From: Chitinophagia bacterium
GTDB taxonomy: Bacteria; Bacteroidota; Bacteroidia; Chitinophagales; Chitinophagaceae
Length of the DNA stretch: 64,000 nt
NCBI GenBank assembly: GCA_037143275.1
Contig: JBAWZB010000004.1
Location: 23,998-87,997 of the forward strand
Direction of reading: 5' to 3'
In this document: one piece after another, positions 18,796-28,116 of the stretch
Position numbering within the stretch: the first letter of the stretch is position 1
Layout of the letters: the number at the start of each line of letters is the position of its first letter
Notes under the pieces: generated by a model
The model's database searches: none
What the model saw: only the letters and a program-made list of their open reading frames with translations
What the model was told of the DNA's origin: nothing
Position numbers and translations under genes: made by a program

Positions 18796-19671
18796 ATGGC
18801 AGTATCCGGAAATGGATCTTTAAAAAGAAGCAAACCAAACTACATCTACAGCATTGTTGGGGTGGCCATTGTGTTGTTTATTATGGGGATCATGGGTTGG
18901 TTTTTCTTAAACCTCCATGCGATTGGAGACAATTTCAAAGAGGATATTAGAATTAGTGTTTACCTAAGAACTGAAGACAAAAATACGGTAGGTAAAATTC
19001 AAGCTTTTATTGCCGCCGCTCCCTTTGCTAAAAATGTAGAATATATTGACAAAGAAAAAGCAAAAGCCATTTGGAATAAGGAAAATAATGAGGATTGGTC
19101 AAAAATTTTAGCAGTCAATCCATTGCCTGAAAGTATTGATTTTTTTGCCAAAGCAGCTTACGTGAATCCAGATAGTTTAGCAAAAATAAGCGAAAGCATT
19201 ACTAGCAATTTTAAAGCCGATGTAGCGGATATTCAATATCCAAAGAGCTTAGTGACTAATTTAAATGAGCGTGCCACTAAAATTGGCTTCATCTTTATAG
19301 TATTATCCGTTATTTTATGTGCCATTGTGATTATTAGTATCGATAACACGATTCGCTTGGCCATGTTTAGTAATCGTTTTTTAATTAAAACCATGCAAAT
19401 GGTTGGAGCAACAAGAAACTTTATTTCAAAACCCCTTGTGATTCGTGCATTAATGAACGGCTTAATTAGCGCTTTAATTGCTATCTTTTTATTATTTGGA
19501 TTGATCCAATGGGCGACTGCACAATTTCCTCAACTTCAAACCTTACAAGGTATTGGTAATAGCTTGTTATTATTTGGTGGACTCATTATAATTGGAATTG
19601 GTATCTCCGTTTTAAGCACTTACCGAAGCGTTATAAAATATTTAAAAATGAAATTGGACGAACTTTATTAA
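18796..19671 (+). CDS. ftsX: cell division permease FtsX
   Basis: NPLPES, DNTIRLAMFSNRFLIKTMQMVGATRNFISKP and four TM segments. Confidence 0.92.
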   Translation: MAVSGNGSLKRSKPNYIYSIVGVAIVLFIMGIMGWFFLNLHAIGDNFKEDIRISVYLRTEDKNTVGKIQAFIAAAPFAKNVEYIDKEKAKAIWNKENNEDWSKILAVNPLPESIDFFAKAAYVNPDSLAKISESITSNFKADVADIQYPKSLVTNLNERATKIGFIFIVLSVILCAIVIISIDNTIRLAMFSNRFLIKTMQMVGATRNFISKPLVIRALMNGLISALIAIFLLFGLIQWATAQFPQLQTLQGIGNSLLLFGGLIIIGIGISVLSTYRSVIKYLKMKLDELY

Positions 19672-19680
19672 TTTATTACT

Positions 19681-19920
19681 ATGAAAGAAAAAAATGCAAA
19701 ACGATCTTTAGACCTATTTGGAAAATCCAATTATACTTGGATGATCATTGGTGCTGTATTGATTATTGCTGGCATGTTATTCATGGCAGGAGGCAAGAGT
19801 GCTGACCCAAATGTATTCAATGAAAACGAAGTGTATAGCTTTAGAAGAATCACACTTGCACCATTGTGTATCATTGCAGGTTTTATTGTAGAAATATATG
19901 CTTTATTTAAAAAAGCTTAA
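19681..19920 (+). CDS. DUF3098-like small membrane protein
   Basis: FGKSNY...GG...RRITLAP with two TM segments; ftsX-uppP context typical of Bacteroidota. Confidence 0.8.
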   Translation: MKEKNAKRSLDLFGKSNYTWMIIGAVLIIAGMLFMAGGKSADPNVFNENEVYSFRRITLAPLCIIAGFIVEIYALFKKA

Positions 19921-19937
19921 TCTTCATTTTACTTATT

Positions 19938-19965
19938 AGAGCGATGCCTGGCATCGCTCTTTTTT
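19938..19965 (+). terminator. near-perfect palindrome / terminator-like hairpin with T tract
   Basis: AGAGCGATGCC-T-GGCATCGCTCT followed by T5. Confidence 0.65.
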
Positions 19966-19975
19966 AATCCAGACT

Positions 19976-20773
19976 ATGAATACGTTTCAAACTATTATCA
20001 TTGCCATCATTGAGGGCATTACCGAATTTTTACCGATATCGAGTACGGCGCATATGAAATTTGCCAATCCATTTTTGGGGATTTCGGATAGCCCATTTGT
20101 TGACCTTTATGAAATTGTGATACAATTTGCTGCCATCCTTTCGGTGGTGGTCATTTATCGCAAGGAATTCTTTAATTTCAAAGACTATCGTTTTTATTTA
20201 AAATTAGGCTTAGCTGTGCTTCCTGCATTGCTTTTTGGTGCCTTGCTTAAAAAATACATAGATGCAGTTTTAGATAATTTATGGGTCATTGCCACGGTCA
20301 TGGTATTGGGTGGTATTGCATTGATATTCATTGATCGATATTTTAAAAAGCAAGTCGCTACAGTAGACCATGAACCCATTCAATTTAAACAAGCATTTTG
20401 GGTGGGCTGTTTTCAAGTATTGGCAATTCTATTACCTGGACTTAGCCGCAGCGCTGCAACAATTATTGGTGGTTTAAGTCAAAAATTAAGCAAAAAAGCA
20501 GCAGCAGAATTTTCATTTTTTTTGGCTGTTCCAACAATGCTTGCTGCTTCAGCAAAAAGTACACTAGATGTTTACCAAGACCATCCAGAAGTATTTGTTG
20601 CAGATAATGTGATGAATTTATGCATTGGCGGTTTGGTTGCTTTTTTAGTTGCGCTAATCAGTGTTAAATTCTTTATTCAATTTGTCCAAAAAAGAGGCTT
20701 CTCTCTATTTGGCTGGTACCGTATTGCTTTAGGCTTAACGATACTTGCATGGCTCTTCCTTCAAAAAGCTTAA
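19976..20773 (+). CDS. uppP: undecaprenyl-diphosphate phosphatase
   Basis: EGITEFLPISSTAH, PGLSRSAATI and AAEFSFFLAVP. Confidence 0.95.
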   Translation: MNTFQTIIIAIIEGITEFLPISSTAHMKFANPFLGISDSPFVDLYEIVIQFAAILSVVVIYRKEFFNFKDYRFYLKLGLAVLPALLFGALLKKYIDAVLDNLWVIATVMVLGGIALIFIDRYFKKQVATVDHEPIQFKQAFWVGCFQVLAILLPGLSRSAATIIGGLSQKLSKKAAAEFSFFLAVPTMLAASAKSTLDVYQDHPEVFVADNVMNLCIGGLVAFLVALISVKFFIQFVQKRGFSLFGWYRIALGLTILAWLFLQKA

Positions 20774-20829
20774 TGGATTTAAAGATAGATTAGCAATTAT
20801 TCGTATTTTGGGAGCAAACCCCTTGCAAA

Positions 20830-22140
20830 ATGCAAACTGCTTCAAAAAAAGTGATCAATAGCTGGGCCATGTATGATTGGGCCAACAGTGTCTACAGCCT
20901 AGTAATTTGTTCGACCATTTTTCCTGCCTTTTATGAGGCAGTGACTGGGGATGGCAATGAGGCCACTTTAATTGACAAAGTTACAATTGGCTCTTTTCAA
21001 TTCATCAACACTGCCTTGTACAATTATGTTTTAGCAATTGCATTTATATTAGTTGCCATCTTATCTCCCATCCTCTCATCGATTGCCGATTTCAAAGGGA
21101 ATAAAAAACAATTTCTTAGATTCTTTTGTTCCATGGGTAGTTTAGCATGTTGTAGTCTCTACTTTTTTGATGCGGCACATATAGGATTGGGATTAATTTC
21201 CATGATCATTGCTTGTATTGGCTTTTGGAGTAGTCTGGTTTTCTATAATTCTTATTTACCAGAAATTGCTGCACCAGAAGACCAAGACAGGGTGAGTGCA
21301 AAAGGATTTATGATGGGTTATATTGGAGCTGTTATCTTGCAATTAATCTGTTTTGTGTTTGTTTTAAAACCAGACTTGTTTGGCATTACTGTTGGCAAAG
21401 CATCTCAAATTTCATTTTTATTAGCAGGTATCTGGTGGTTTGGTTTTGGACATTGGTCTATTTCAAACTTACCTGGAAGTGTCAAAAATTTAAAGACAGA
21501 CCAAACTGATAATATTTTTATTGGGGGCTATAAGGAACTACATAAAGTATGGTTACAACTAAGAAAACTACCTATTTTGGATCGTTTTTTGGGTGCTTTT
21601 TTCTTTTATAATATGGGCGTGCAAACTGTGATGCTAGCTGCCACACTTTATGGAAAAAGTGAATTGAATATACCTACAACCAACTTAATCATTGCTATTT
21701 TAATCATTCAATTGGTTGCCATTCCAGGCGCCATGCTCATGAGTAAAATGGCGGTTAAATTAGGTAATTTTAATACCTTAATGATTGCAGTTGCATTTTG
21801 GATTGGCATTTGTATCATTGGTTATTTTGTTCCTCGAAATGGTATAGTTGAATTTTATTGCTTAGCCACCATGGTTGGATTTGTCATGGGCGGAATACAA
21901 TCAGTGAGCAGAAGTACGTATGCAAAACTAATGCCAGAGACAAAAGACACTGCTTCCTTCTTTAGTTTTTTTGATGTCACAGAAAAAGTAGCCATTGTAA
22001 TTGGTATGTTTAGTTTTGGTTTTATCATAGAAATTACAGGCTCACAAAAAAATGCAGTCCTGGGATTGGGCTTATTTTTTGTCATTGGTTTAATTTTGTT
22101 ATACAGAACTTCCAAAAAAAATAAGCATGCAAATTTATAG
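20830..22140 (+). CDS. MFS transporter (UMF1/Atg22-like)
   Basis: WAMYDWANS, YNSYLPEIA, SRSTYAKLMP and about 12 TM segments. Confidence 0.85.
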   Translation: MQTASKKVINSWAMYDWANSVYSLVICSTIFPAFYEAVTGDGNEATLIDKVTIGSFQFINTALYNYVLAIAFILVAILSPILSSIADFKGNKKQFLRFFCSMGSLACCSLYFFDAAHIGLGLISMIIACIGFWSSLVFYNSYLPEIAAPEDQDRVSAKGFMMGYIGAVILQLICFVFVLKPDLFGITVGKASQISFLLAGIWWFGFGHWSISNLPGSVKNLKTDQTDNIFIGGYKELHKVWLQLRKLPILDRFLGAFFFYNMGVQTVMLAATLYGKSELNIPTTNLIIAILIIQLVAIPGAMLMSKMAVKLGNFNTLMIAVAFWIGICIIGYFVPRNGIVEFYCLATMVGFVMGGIQSVSRSTYAKLMPETKDTASFFSFFDVTEKVAIVIGMFSFGFIIEITGSQKNAVLGLGLFFVIGLILLYRTSKKNKHANL

Positions 22141-22996
22141 TATCCATACAGGCAATTTCAAACTCGATGGTGGTGCCATGTTTGGAGTAGTGCCAAAATC
22201 TATTTGGAATAAGACCAATCCAGCAGACGAAAACAATTTATGTACTTGGGCCCTAAGATGTATGTTAATTGTATCAGGTAATCGTACCATTTTAATTGAT
22301 ACAGGCATGGGCAACAAACAAGATGCAAAATTTTTTAGCCATTACCAGCCAAGTGAAACTAAGACAATTGCCCAAGCCTTGGCCGAACATGGCTTTAAGC
22401 CAGAGGCCATTACAGACGTACTATTAACGCATTTACATTTTGACCACGTTGGGGGTGCAGTGAATCATGAAAATGGTACACTTACATTGGCTTTACCCAA
22501 TGCCACCTATTGGGTGAGTGCAGCCCATTGGGAAACAGCGATACATCCTAATAGAAGAGAAAAAGCAAGCTTCTTAAAAGAAAATATCATGCCATTGATG
22601 GAAAGCGGTCAATTGAAACTAATCGAGCTTCCGCCATTTAGTAGCGATACCAGTTTGCAAGAAATTCATTTTGCAGAAAATATAAGTTGTATTGTTGTCA
22701 ATGGACATACCCAGGGTATGCTATTGCCTAAGATTCAATATGGCGCACATCAGATTGTATATATGGCAGACTTATTGCCCTCTGTTGGACATTTACCCAT
22801 TCCATTTGTAATGGGCTATGACATGCAACCACTTTTTACACTCAACGAAAAAGAAATCTTCTTAAACGAAGCATGTACCAAAAACTACACTTTATTTTTT
22901 GAACATGATGCCGTGCATGAATGCTGCGATTTACATATGACTGAAAAAGGCATTAGAGCAAAAAGTTGCTTTAATTTAGATAGCCTGAAAAGTTAA
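22127..22996 (+). CDS. MBL-fold metallo-hydrolase (YtnP-like)
   Basis: KLDGGAMFGVVP, THLHFDHVGG, GHT and FEHD. Confidence 0.88.
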   Translation: MQIYSIHTGNFKLDGGAMFGVVPKSIWNKTNPADENNLCTWALRCMLIVSGNRTILIDTGMGNKQDAKFFSHYQPSETKTIAQALAEHGFKPEAITDVLLTHLHFDHVGGAVNHENGTLTLALPNATYWVSAAHWETAIHPNRREKASFLKENIMPLMESGQLKLIELPPFSSDTSLQEIHFAENISCIVVNGHTQGMLLPKIQYGAHQIVYMADLLPSVGHLPIPFVMGYDMQPLFTLNEKEIFLNEACTKNYTLFFEHDAVHECCDLHMTEKGIRAKSCFNLDSLKS

Positions 22997-23057
22997 AACT
23001 TAATTTAAATCGTAGAAGGGAATAGAAGTCAAAAATAAATGGTTATTGATTCAAGGA

Positions 23058-23855
23058 TTATTCTAATTCAATCAATGAACTTAGGGGATACCTTAAACCC
23101 TCATAGCTTTTCATATCTACTTTGATAGTACCTACAATAATGGGGGTTTCAATTCTGATTGGAATATGGTTTTCATCGTCTGTAACCCAGATGGTCATAC
23201 GCTCCCCGCCTTCAAACATCGAACCCTTCACAAGCAATGGTGCTATCTTAATGGCCTTGAACTTGCCAAACTTAGTTTGAATGACTTCTTTCCCTAAAAA
23301 TTTAAAATAAGATGGGAATAATTCATTGTCAAGGAAAAAATTTAAATACACTTTCTCATTCAATTGTAAATTTTTAAAATCTAAATTCCTTGCTGCATAA
23401 ATTGCACTAATCACATCAAATGTACAATCAGCCGATTTAAAAGATTCCCCTTTATTGGTCGTTACTTGGTTGGCCTTTTGATTGAATGTAAGGGTTTGAT
23501 TTTGATGGAATGAACCCTCATTGATACTTCTACTAAAATAATAAGGTAGTAAATTTTTACTATCAACAATAGATTCATACTTATCACGCACTTTGAAAAT
23601 CCAATCATAACGACGATTAGAATTACCCGTTGCAGTGAAAGCATATGCATCCTCCCCCTCCCATTTAGCAGGCGTTATTGTAAATTGAGCATCACCTGCA
23701 TTCACATACAAGCCTATCACATTATAAAAGATAGTGTAAGTAATTTTTTCACCTGTATTAAATGAAGTATTGGACTGACTACATAGCTCTTTTGTCTGCT
23801 TTGGCAACACAGTGAATAAAGTGGCCATCCAAATTTGAAAGAGGTATAAAAACAT
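23058..23855 (-). CDS. DUF3108-like beta-rich exported protein
   Basis: GEKITY, VRDKYES, GKFKAIK and WVTDDENHIPIRIE. Start uncertain (ATG 23855; track 23900). Confidence 0.7.
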   Translation of the reverse strand: MFLYLFQIWMATLFTVLPKQTKELCSQSNTSFNTGEKITYTIFYNVIGLYVNAGDAQFTITPAKWEGEDAYAFTATGNSNRRYDWIFKVRDKYESIVDSKNLLPYYFSRSINEGSFHQNQTLTFNQKANQVTTNKGESFKSADCTFDVISAIYAARNLDFKNLQLNEKVYLNFFLDNELFPSYFKFLGKEVIQTKFGKFKAIKIAPLLVKGSMFEGGERMTIWVTDDENHIPIRIETPIIVGTIKVDMKSYEGLRYPLSSLIELE

Positions 23856-23877
23856 GGCGGGGATATAAAATGTAAAT

Positions 23878-24795
23878 TTATCGCTTAATTCTAAAACCAA
23901 TTAATAAAATGGCGCCCAAGATAGAAGGAATTAAAAAATTAACAATCCATATTAAGGTAGTTAATGCAATAAGCATGATCTCGTTCTGATATAATGGTGC
24001 CATTAATAGTAAAAACAGTTGACCACGAATGACTAAATCGGTCAAACTAATTGCTGGTATCATACTTAGGAAAAACAATAAAGCCATGACAGCAATGCTT
24101 AAATCCATCCAATCAACCGGAATAGCTAGCATTTGTGCCGCCCAATTGTACTGCATAAGGTAGATACAATATCGAGCCAATGCAAGTGCAAGCAATTTCC
24201 ATTTTAATGCATTGTCAATTTGTAAGAGATTTATTTTAGACAACCAACCCTTTAAAGACTTATTGTAAAAAAACAAAAACAATGCAAGTATTGCGCCTAA
24301 GGGTGTCACCCATTTTAACCATGGCAAAAAAGGAAGATTCCAATATAAAGCAAAGCATCCAAAACAGATCGTCATGATAATTTGTGCATAAGAGGCCCAT
24401 GCCATTTGAGTCATCCCTTTCAATTTAGTACCAGGTGCTAAAAACAAAGTTCTTCCTACATAGTCACCAGACCTTGCCGGCGTAAAAAATGAAAAGGCTT
24501 GACCTACTAACACAGCCCTTAGCGCTTGCCATGTATTAAACGTATTGGTGGATGCGATGACGGATTTCCATTTGATCGCTTCGATGGTATAATTAAGGGC
24601 CATTAAACAACCCATCAACAACCAAGCAGTCCAATGAATTTTTGCCAATTGTATTTTTAAATCCGCTCCATATTGATTTAAATTTTCATTTTGCAATACC
24701 TTATTGTAGATCGCAATAGCACAAACCACAAATAAGATGAACCCAATCAATTTATTTCCAATAGAAAGTAATGGTTTAAGTATACTTGAATTCAT
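23878..24795 (-). CDS. integral membrane protein, lysylphosphatidylglycerol-synthase TM / flippase-like
   Basis: Multiple TM segments, EAIKW and FTPARSGDYVGR. Start ATG 24795 (track 24804). Confidence 0.65.
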   Translation of the reverse strand: MNSSILKPLLSIGNKLIGFILFVVCAIAIYNKVLQNENLNQYGADLKIQLAKIHWTAWLLMGCLMALNYTIEAIKWKSVIASTNTFNTWQALRAVLVGQAFSFFTPARSGDYVGRTLFLAPGTKLKGMTQMAWASYAQIIMTICFGCFALYWNLPFLPWLKWVTPLGAILALFLFFYNKSLKGWLSKINLLQIDNALKWKLLALALARYCIYLMQYNWAAQMLAIPVDWMDLSIAVMALLFFLSMIPAISLTDLVIRGQLFLLLMAPLYQNEIMLIALTTLIWIVNFLIPSILGAILLIGFRIKR

Positions 24796-24836
24796 ATTTT
24801 GCAAAGATCGTATTTTGAAGGGATATCTGTAACTTT

Positions 24837-25400
24837 ATGCCTATGTCAAAAACACCCATTATTTTAGGGATTGATCCTGGAACACAAATACTTGGCTACG
24901 CTGTTTTACAAGGTGGTGTGCAGCCAAAAATCATTATGATGGATGTGCTTAAATTAACCAAAGAAAAAGACATCTATGCTCGCTTACAGATGATTCATGC
25001 AAAGATCATTGAATTGATGGAAACATACGGTCCAGCACATTTTGCAATTGAAGCCCCATTTTTTGGAAAGAATGTACAGAGTATGTTAAAGCTAGGAAGA
25101 GCGCAGGGTGTTGCCATTGCTGCAGCCATGCATTACAATACACCTGTGACAGAATATGCACCAAAAAAAGTAAAACAATCCATTACTGGAAATGGCAATG
25201 CCGATAAAGATATGGTATGGAAAATGTTAGAGCGGGTGTTGAATGTGAAAGAAAAACCAAAACACTATGATGCTACAGATGCGCTTGCTGTAGCCTTATG
25301 CCACTGGCATCAAATCAATCGACCAGTGATTAGTAGTGGCAAAGGTTTAAAAGGTTGGGATGATTTTATTCAAAAAAATCCAACCCGTTTAAAAAAATAA
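24837..25400 (+). CDS. ruvC: crossover junction endodeoxyribonuclease
   Basis: LGIDPG, AIEAPF, LGRAQG, ITGNGNADK and DATDALAVA. Confidence 0.96.
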   Translation: MPMSKTPIILGIDPGTQILGYAVLQGGVQPKIIMMDVLKLTKEKDIYARLQMIHAKIIELMETYGPAHFAIEAPFFGKNVQSMLKLGRAQGVAIAAAMHYNTPVTEYAPKKVKQSITGNGNADKDMVWKMLERVLNVKEKPKHYDATDALAVALCHWHQINRPVISSGKGLKGWDDFIQKNPTRLKK

Positions 25401-25790
25401 GGGCAATTTAGCTATGATTGCTTCTTGTACTTCTATCAATTCTTCTTTAGATAATTGCAATTTTGGATTAGAAAAATCAAGGTCTGCTGCTTGGTTGATT
25501 GGGATTAAATGCAAATGCGCATGCGGCACTTCTAAACCAACAGTCACCATACCAATGCGATTACATGGAAAACTATCCTCTATTGCTTTTGCGATGGGTT
25601 TTGCAAAGACCAATAACTCAGAAAGATAATGATCTGGCAGATCGAATACTTTATCCACTTCAATTTTAGGCACGACTAGCACATGTCCTTTTTGCAAAGG
25701 AAAAATATCCAAGAAGGCAATGAATAGATCGTTTTCTGCAATTTTATAAGCAGGTATTTCGCCTTGTATTATTTTTGAAAAAATAGTCAT
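25389..25790 (-). CDS. HIT-family nucleotide hydrolase
   Basis: TIFSKII, GHVLVVPK and histidine triad VPHAHLHL. Confidence 0.92.
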   Translation of the reverse strand: MTIFSKIIQGEIPAYKIAENDLFIAFLDIFPLQKGHVLVVPKIEVDKVFDLPDHYLSELLVFAKPIAKAIEDSFPCNRIGMVTVGLEVPHAHLHLIPINQAADLDFSNPKLQLSKEELIEVQEAIIAKLPLFF

Positions 25791-25809
25791 CACAAATTGG
25801 ATCCTGCAA

Positions 25810-26286
25810 TTAAATGGAAATATTATCGATACTGAATTTCATTATGCCATTGGGTGCTTGAACTTCTGCGGTGTCCCCAATTTTTTTACCAATCAAACCT
25901 TTACCAATAGGAGAAGACGCGGAAATCTTGCCTGCTTTCAAATCTGCTTCTTTTTCTCCAACCAATTGATAAGTCACTGACTTTTTTGTTGCCAAGTTGG
26001 TAATCGTCACCTTAGTTAGAATAGTCACTTTGCTTGTATCAATGGTACTCGTGTCTACAATTTTTGCATTTGAGACTGCTACTTCTAATTGTTTAATTTT
26101 AGATTCTAACATGCCTTGTGCTTCTTTAGCAGCATCATATTCTGCATTTTCTTTTAAATCCCCTTTTTCTCTTGCTTCTGCAATTGCTCTTGATGCCGCT
26201 GGACGATCAATAGATTTCATGCGCTGTAATTCCTCACGCATTTTATCAAAAGTCTCTTGGGTTACATATACGTTCGTTTCGCTCAT
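25810..26286 (-). CDS. greA: transcription elongation factor GreA
   Basis: GDLKENAEYDAAKEAQ and ISASSPIGKGL. Start moved to ATG 26286 (track 26346). Confidence 0.96.
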   Translation of the reverse strand: MSETNVYVTQETFDKMREELQRMKSIDRPAASRAIAEAREKGDLKENAEYDAAKEAQGMLESKIKQLEVAVSNAKIVDTSTIDTSKVTILTKVTITNLATKKSVTYQLVGEKEADLKAGKISASSPIGKGLIGKKIGDTAEVQAPNGIMKFSIDNISI

Positions 26287-26302
26287 ACCTTCTGTTTTAT
26301 AT

Positions 26303-26351
26303 AAAAAAAATACAACGCCACATGATTGGAGCGTTGCATGATACAAAGATA
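26303..26351 (-). promoter_or_regulatory. greA promoter plus terminator-like leader hairpin
   Basis: The minus strand reads TATCTTTG (26351-26344), then TGCAACGC-12 nt-GCGTTGTA followed by T8, 16 nt before the ATG. Confidence 0.6.
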
Positions 26352-26362
26352 TTATATTAGGC

Positions 26363-27301
26363 TCAAATGACCCCTAATTTTTCTAATAGGATCTTGGACA
26401 TCTTATAATAGGCCTCTTGACTATAGCCTGCAATATGGGGCGTTAAAATGAAGTTTGGCATTGCCATTATAGCATCTAAATTGGCTTTTTCGGCTTGACT
26501 ATAGCTGTCTAAACGCTCATTTTCTAGTACATCTAGGCCTGCACCTCTAATTTGTCCGTTTTGAAGCGCTTCAAGGAGGGCTTGAGAAGAGGTCACCCCA
26601 CCCCTACAAGTACTTAAAAAATAGGGTTTTTGTACTAGTTTTTCAAAAAAGTGGGCATTTGCAAAATGAGTTGTCAATGGCGTTAAAGGCAGGTGCAAAG
26701 TAATCACTTCGGCTTCTTGTTGAATGGTTTCCAAGTCCACCATTTTAACATCAGGAAATTGTTGCCATCCCAAAGCCCTGGGATAAATATCATGTGCTAA
26801 AAGCGTCACGTCAAATCCAGTCAATACTTTCGCAAATGCAGCGCCTGTGTGACCAAATCCAATGATGCCCACCTTCTTTCCAGTAAGCTCCTCTCCACGA
26901 TTGCCATCCCTAATCCATTGCCCCATTTTAATTTCACCATAAGCACTATGAATACGATGCATTAAATTCAACAACAAGCCCAAACAATGTTCTCCTACTG
27001 CAGTACAATTTCCCTCTGGACTACTCACACATAGGATGCCTTTAGACTCAGCAAGATTGGTATCAATTAATTCCATTCCACTACCCAATCGACCAATCCA
27101 TTGTAATGATTTAGCAGCTTCAATGATATTCGCATCAATTTTTAATCTAGTGGTCACAATCAATCCAACTGCATCTGAAATTTGCAGACGCAATTGATCA
27201 TAAGTAATTGTTGGTTCATAACAAATTTCAAAACCCTTTTGCGTGAGTGTTGCTAATAAAAAAGGATGCACCGATGCTGTTACAATAACTTTTTTAGACA
27301 T
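26363..27301 (-). CDS. D-isomer-specific 2-hydroxyacid dehydrogenase (SerA-like catalytic core)
   Basis: GIIGFGHTG, TCRG, DVLENE and TPHIAG. Confidence 0.85.
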   Translation of the reverse strand: MSKKVIVTASVHPFLLATLTQKGFEICYEPTITYDQLRLQISDAVGLIVTTRLKIDANIIEAAKSLQWIGRLGSGMELIDTNLAESKGILCVSSPEGNCTAVGEHCLGLLLNLMHRIHSAYGEIKMGQWIRDGNRGEELTGKKVGIIGFGHTGAAFAKVLTGFDVTLLAHDIYPRALGWQQFPDVKMVDLETIQQEAEVITLHLPLTPLTTHFANAHFFEKLVQKPYFLSTCRGGVTSSQALLEALQNGQIRGAGLDVLENERLDSYSQAEKANLDAIMAMPNFILTPHIAGYSQEAYYKMSKILLEKLGVI

Positions 27302-27304
27302 AGC

Positions 27305-28066
27305 TTATGGATTATGCATTTTAAAAGTAAGATCTGCAAAGTCTTGATAGGTCAAGTTCTCGGCCCTCTTGGTAAAGATAGGATCTTGTAATTGTTCTGT
27401 TGTAAAATAAGGTTTCAATGGATTTCTCAACATTTTTCGGCGTTGACCGAATGCCATTTTTACGATATGATAAAAACTTTTGATTGAACTAAATTCAGGA
27501 AATACTGCTTTACGTTTTAAACGAATCACCCCACTCATTACATTGGGTGGTGGCGTAAATGCAGAAGGTGGCACATCAAATAAATAGTCCACTTCATAAA
27601 ATGCTTGTGTCAATACGCTCAATATACCATACGCTTTTGAATGTGGCTTTGCTGCAATTCTTTCTGCGACTTCTTTTTGAAACATGCCAATCATCACGGG
27701 CACTTGTTCTTTCCAATCCAATACCCTGAATACAATTTGTGTGGAAATATTATATGGAAAATTACCAATGAGTGTAAATTGATCTTCGAAAGGAATAGCG
27801 GTTTCTAAAAAGTCTTCGTTGATTAATTTGCCCTCCAATTGAGGATAGGTATGTAGTAAATACGCCACTTTTTCACGATCCAATTCCACCGCTTTAAATG
27901 CTTTTTTAGGCAGGTCCAAAATATGCTGAGTTAAAGCGCCTGCTCCTGGACCAATTTCCAATAACTGGTCAATTGGTGCCTCCTCCAAAGCAGCTTTTAT
28001 TTGTAAACAAATTTGGACATCATTTAGAAAGTGTTGACCCAATGACTTTTTAAGGGTGTATTGCAT
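27305..28066 (-). CDS. rsmA: 16S rRNA adenine dimethyltransferase
   Basis: KKSLGQHFL, EIGPGAGALT, GNFPYNIS and MFQKEVAER; TAACTTTG box at 28078-28071. Confidence 0.96.
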   Translation of the reverse strand: MQYTLKKSLGQHFLNDVQICLQIKAALEEAPIDQLLEIGPGAGALTQHILDLPKKAFKAVELDREKVAYLLHTYPQLEGKLINEDFLETAIPFEDQFTLIGNFPYNISTQIVFRVLDWKEQVPVMIGMFQKEVAERIAAKPHSKAYGILSVLTQAFYEVDYLFDVPPSAFTPPPNVMSGVIRLKRKAVFPEFSSIKSFYHIVKMAFGQRRKMLRNPLKPYFTTEQLQDPIFTKRAENLTYQDFADLTFKMHNP

Positions 28067-28116
28067 GAAGCAAAGTTAGGTTTTTGTGCGTACTTTTACA
28101 CCCTAATCAACTGGAT

